From assembly GCA_951406725.2 (NCBI GenBank), contig OX597818.1:106020001-106084000 (forward strand): DNA of 64,000 nucleotides, read 5' to 3'. The translations under genes were made by a program, and so were the position numbers. The notes under the pieces were generated by a model. It was given only the letters and a program-made list of their open reading frames with translations. It searched no databases and was not told the origin of the DNA. Origin of the DNA: Octopus vulgaris (lineage: Eukaryota). Shown piece by piece: positions 60,001-64,000 of this stretch (positions are counted from its first letter, which is position 1; each line of letters starts with the position of its first letter).

Positions 60001-60127
60001 GGTCCATACAGCTGTTTCAGCCTATAGATAAAAGTATCTCATTCTGCCTATATTAGTCAGATGTATTGAGGTAATATGCAGTTAAAAATGAGTTATATAT
60101 ATATCCCAAGGCCTCGTCAGAGATTAT
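60001..60127 (-). ncRNA. Hammerhead ribozyme-like relic with long stem II (Penelope type)
   Basis: On the - strand: CTGACGA-GGCCT..AGGCT-GAAAC-AGCT-GTA; stem I poorly paired. Confidence 0.55.
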
Positions 60128-60182
60128 AAAGTACAATTATAAAAATGTAAATATAAATATGAAACAAAATACACATACAATA

Positions 60183-60231
<49 letters not shown>

Positions 60232-60489
60232 TACATAAGTGTATATATACATATATACATATATATAAGTATATATATAAAAATATACATACATATAAGG
60301 TTACAGATAATTAATTATCTATACTGGAATATACATATACATCCACATCAATGGGTACATATACAATTTTCATTACATTTCCAATATTATTATTATTATT
60401 ATAATATTAACATTAGATTATGTGCATTCTGCTATATTGGATAACTGATATTCCATAGTGGGTTACCCTCATAACCCCTATCTTACTTT

Positions 60490-62201
<1,712 letters not shown>

Positions 62202-64000
62202 ATCATCATCATCATCATCATCATTAACATCTATTTTTCCTTGTCGGCATGAGTTGGATGGTTCAACAGGAATCGGCAAGTCACACCAAACCTTGTTTTC
62301 TGTTTTGGCATGGTTTCTATGGCTGGATACCATTCCTAGGCCAACCACTATATGTGTACTTTTTACATGCCACCAGCAGCAGTGAGATTACCAAGTAACT
62401 TGCAAGGCAATACCCCTTAACTGAGGGATACTGTGGTATTGGAGGACAGAAAAAGAGGGTCCATGCATTCAAGGAGAAACAAGGCTGCTTCAGGTGAGAA
62501 AGAAGTGGAGAGTGAGAGATGAAAGAGAGGAGATGGTGAAGATGTGATGAGGATGGGATGAGGTAGTGAGTGGGATCAGGTGAGTCGGTGAGTTCTCAAG
62601 ATTGAGAAAAGAAAGAAATAGATGAAGAGGGAGATGAAGTGTGTGTGTGGGCACAGGTAGAGAGAAGGGGTACTGGGAAGGTATGTTGTGGGGAAGAGAA
62701 TCGGTGGGGACATATTGTGTGTAGGTAGGTATGTGAGGGAGAATAGAGGGGAATGCAGCAGAAGGGGAGCATAGATGGGAGAGGTTTGTTGGGGGTGGTG
62801 GTGATTGTGTGGAGGAAGGAGGGTCATGGACATAAAAGACATACCTTAATAGCCTTAATTTCAGTTAGCTGAACAGGTCTTTTTAATCACAGAAAATCAC
62901 CAGCTATCTCAGTCCTTTGTCATCTCCTATATGAGGCTCAGTGTCTGAAGAATATTTCTTACCACTTCATTTTACATCTCCCTTGGTCACACTCTTCCAG
63001 ACATTCTTTCCACATTTAGAGATCAGCGCTTCTTTATGCAGCTGTCTTCATCCATATACATTATATGATTGTACCAGCTTAGTCTGCTTTCCTGCACACT
63101 ACAACTAATACCTTCTTATACCCAGTTTTTCTCTTGGGATATTTACACTTAGTCATACATGCACACTAGCATTGCACAATCAGCAGAACATGCTTCATTT
63201 CTTTGAAGCCTTCTTTCACATGTCCTTTGCCATCACAGCCCATGCTTCACTGCCATGTAGCATAGCTGTCCATTCACAAGCTTCATACAATTTGCCTTTC
63301 ACTCAGAGGAAAAGGCCATTTATTACTAACAAAGGTAATAGCTCTCTGCACTTATTATACTAGCAACTATGCTTTTAGAGCAACCACCTCTACTGCTAAT
63401 TTTGTTACCTAGGAAACGGACACTGTCAACTACCTATAGGATTACCCCTAGATATTTGAGGCAGTCTGTTTCCTGCACACTGTTAGTGTTCATTGTTTCT
63501 GCTCACCTGCCACACTCAAAGACTATTTTCTTTGCTAACCTTCCTGTGATTCTGCTGCACCTCTTGTGTGCACTGGGTACACTATATGGAAATGCTGCCT
63601 GCACCTCTTCTACATTCAAGCAAGACCATTTCCATGAAGGGATTAGTAATTTGTCTGCTTTCCTGCTTACTCATATTTTGGTCTTTGCTAAATTAACTCA
63701 ATTCCAGGCCTTGCTTCCATACCTGAAATTTCTTCTCTAATTCTAGCAGAGATTCAGCTATAAGAGATTCATTCGTGTAGAGGGCAACCAGTTTGCAATT
63801 CGTCCAAGGGCAACTAGTTTTCAATTTGTCTGTTATGACCTGGAGGACTATGATAAACAAGAGGGAGCTGAGAGCTAATTCTTGGTGAGCCCCCATCAGC
63901 ACACAAGTTGATTGCTATACTCATTGGTGACGTTCACCTTATTGACAGCATCTGAATACAGGACTTGGACACCAACAACTCATCTGCTCCAAGCTTCCAC
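62202..64000 (-). mobile_element. Degenerate RTE-clade LINE (continues beyond the window) with GA-rich stretch in the 3' region
   Basis: G.HQ...LS.LLFIIVLQVIT..LEKKFQVWKQGLE; similarity to 54277-55485; (CAT)n tail at 62202. Confidence 0.8.

Overview
Eukaryotic, very AT-rich and repeat-dense window. The SINE families, multi-kb (TA)n tracts and single-exon multi-C2H2 gene point to a coleoid cephalopod, probably Octopus (inference). The only clear host gene is a 2406-aa C2H2 zinc-finger ORF (16910-24130, +) with about 39 fingers. These fingers form six recognisable copies (plus one degenerate cluster) of a 5-finger cassette whose DNA-contact residues are conserved while the scaffold has diverged. 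The rest is (TA)n-derived satellite and retroelements: CR1-like LINEs (one near full length), RTE LINEs, tRNA-derived and Nin-domain SINEs, Penelope fragments with hammerhead-ribozyme relics, and a decayed mariner. Downstream of the gene lie several long hairpins, a 33-nt copy of the gene's own CDS, and candidate extra exons. Nearly all long Y/I-rich ORFs in the track are microsatellite artefacts. All counts and alignments were done by eye.
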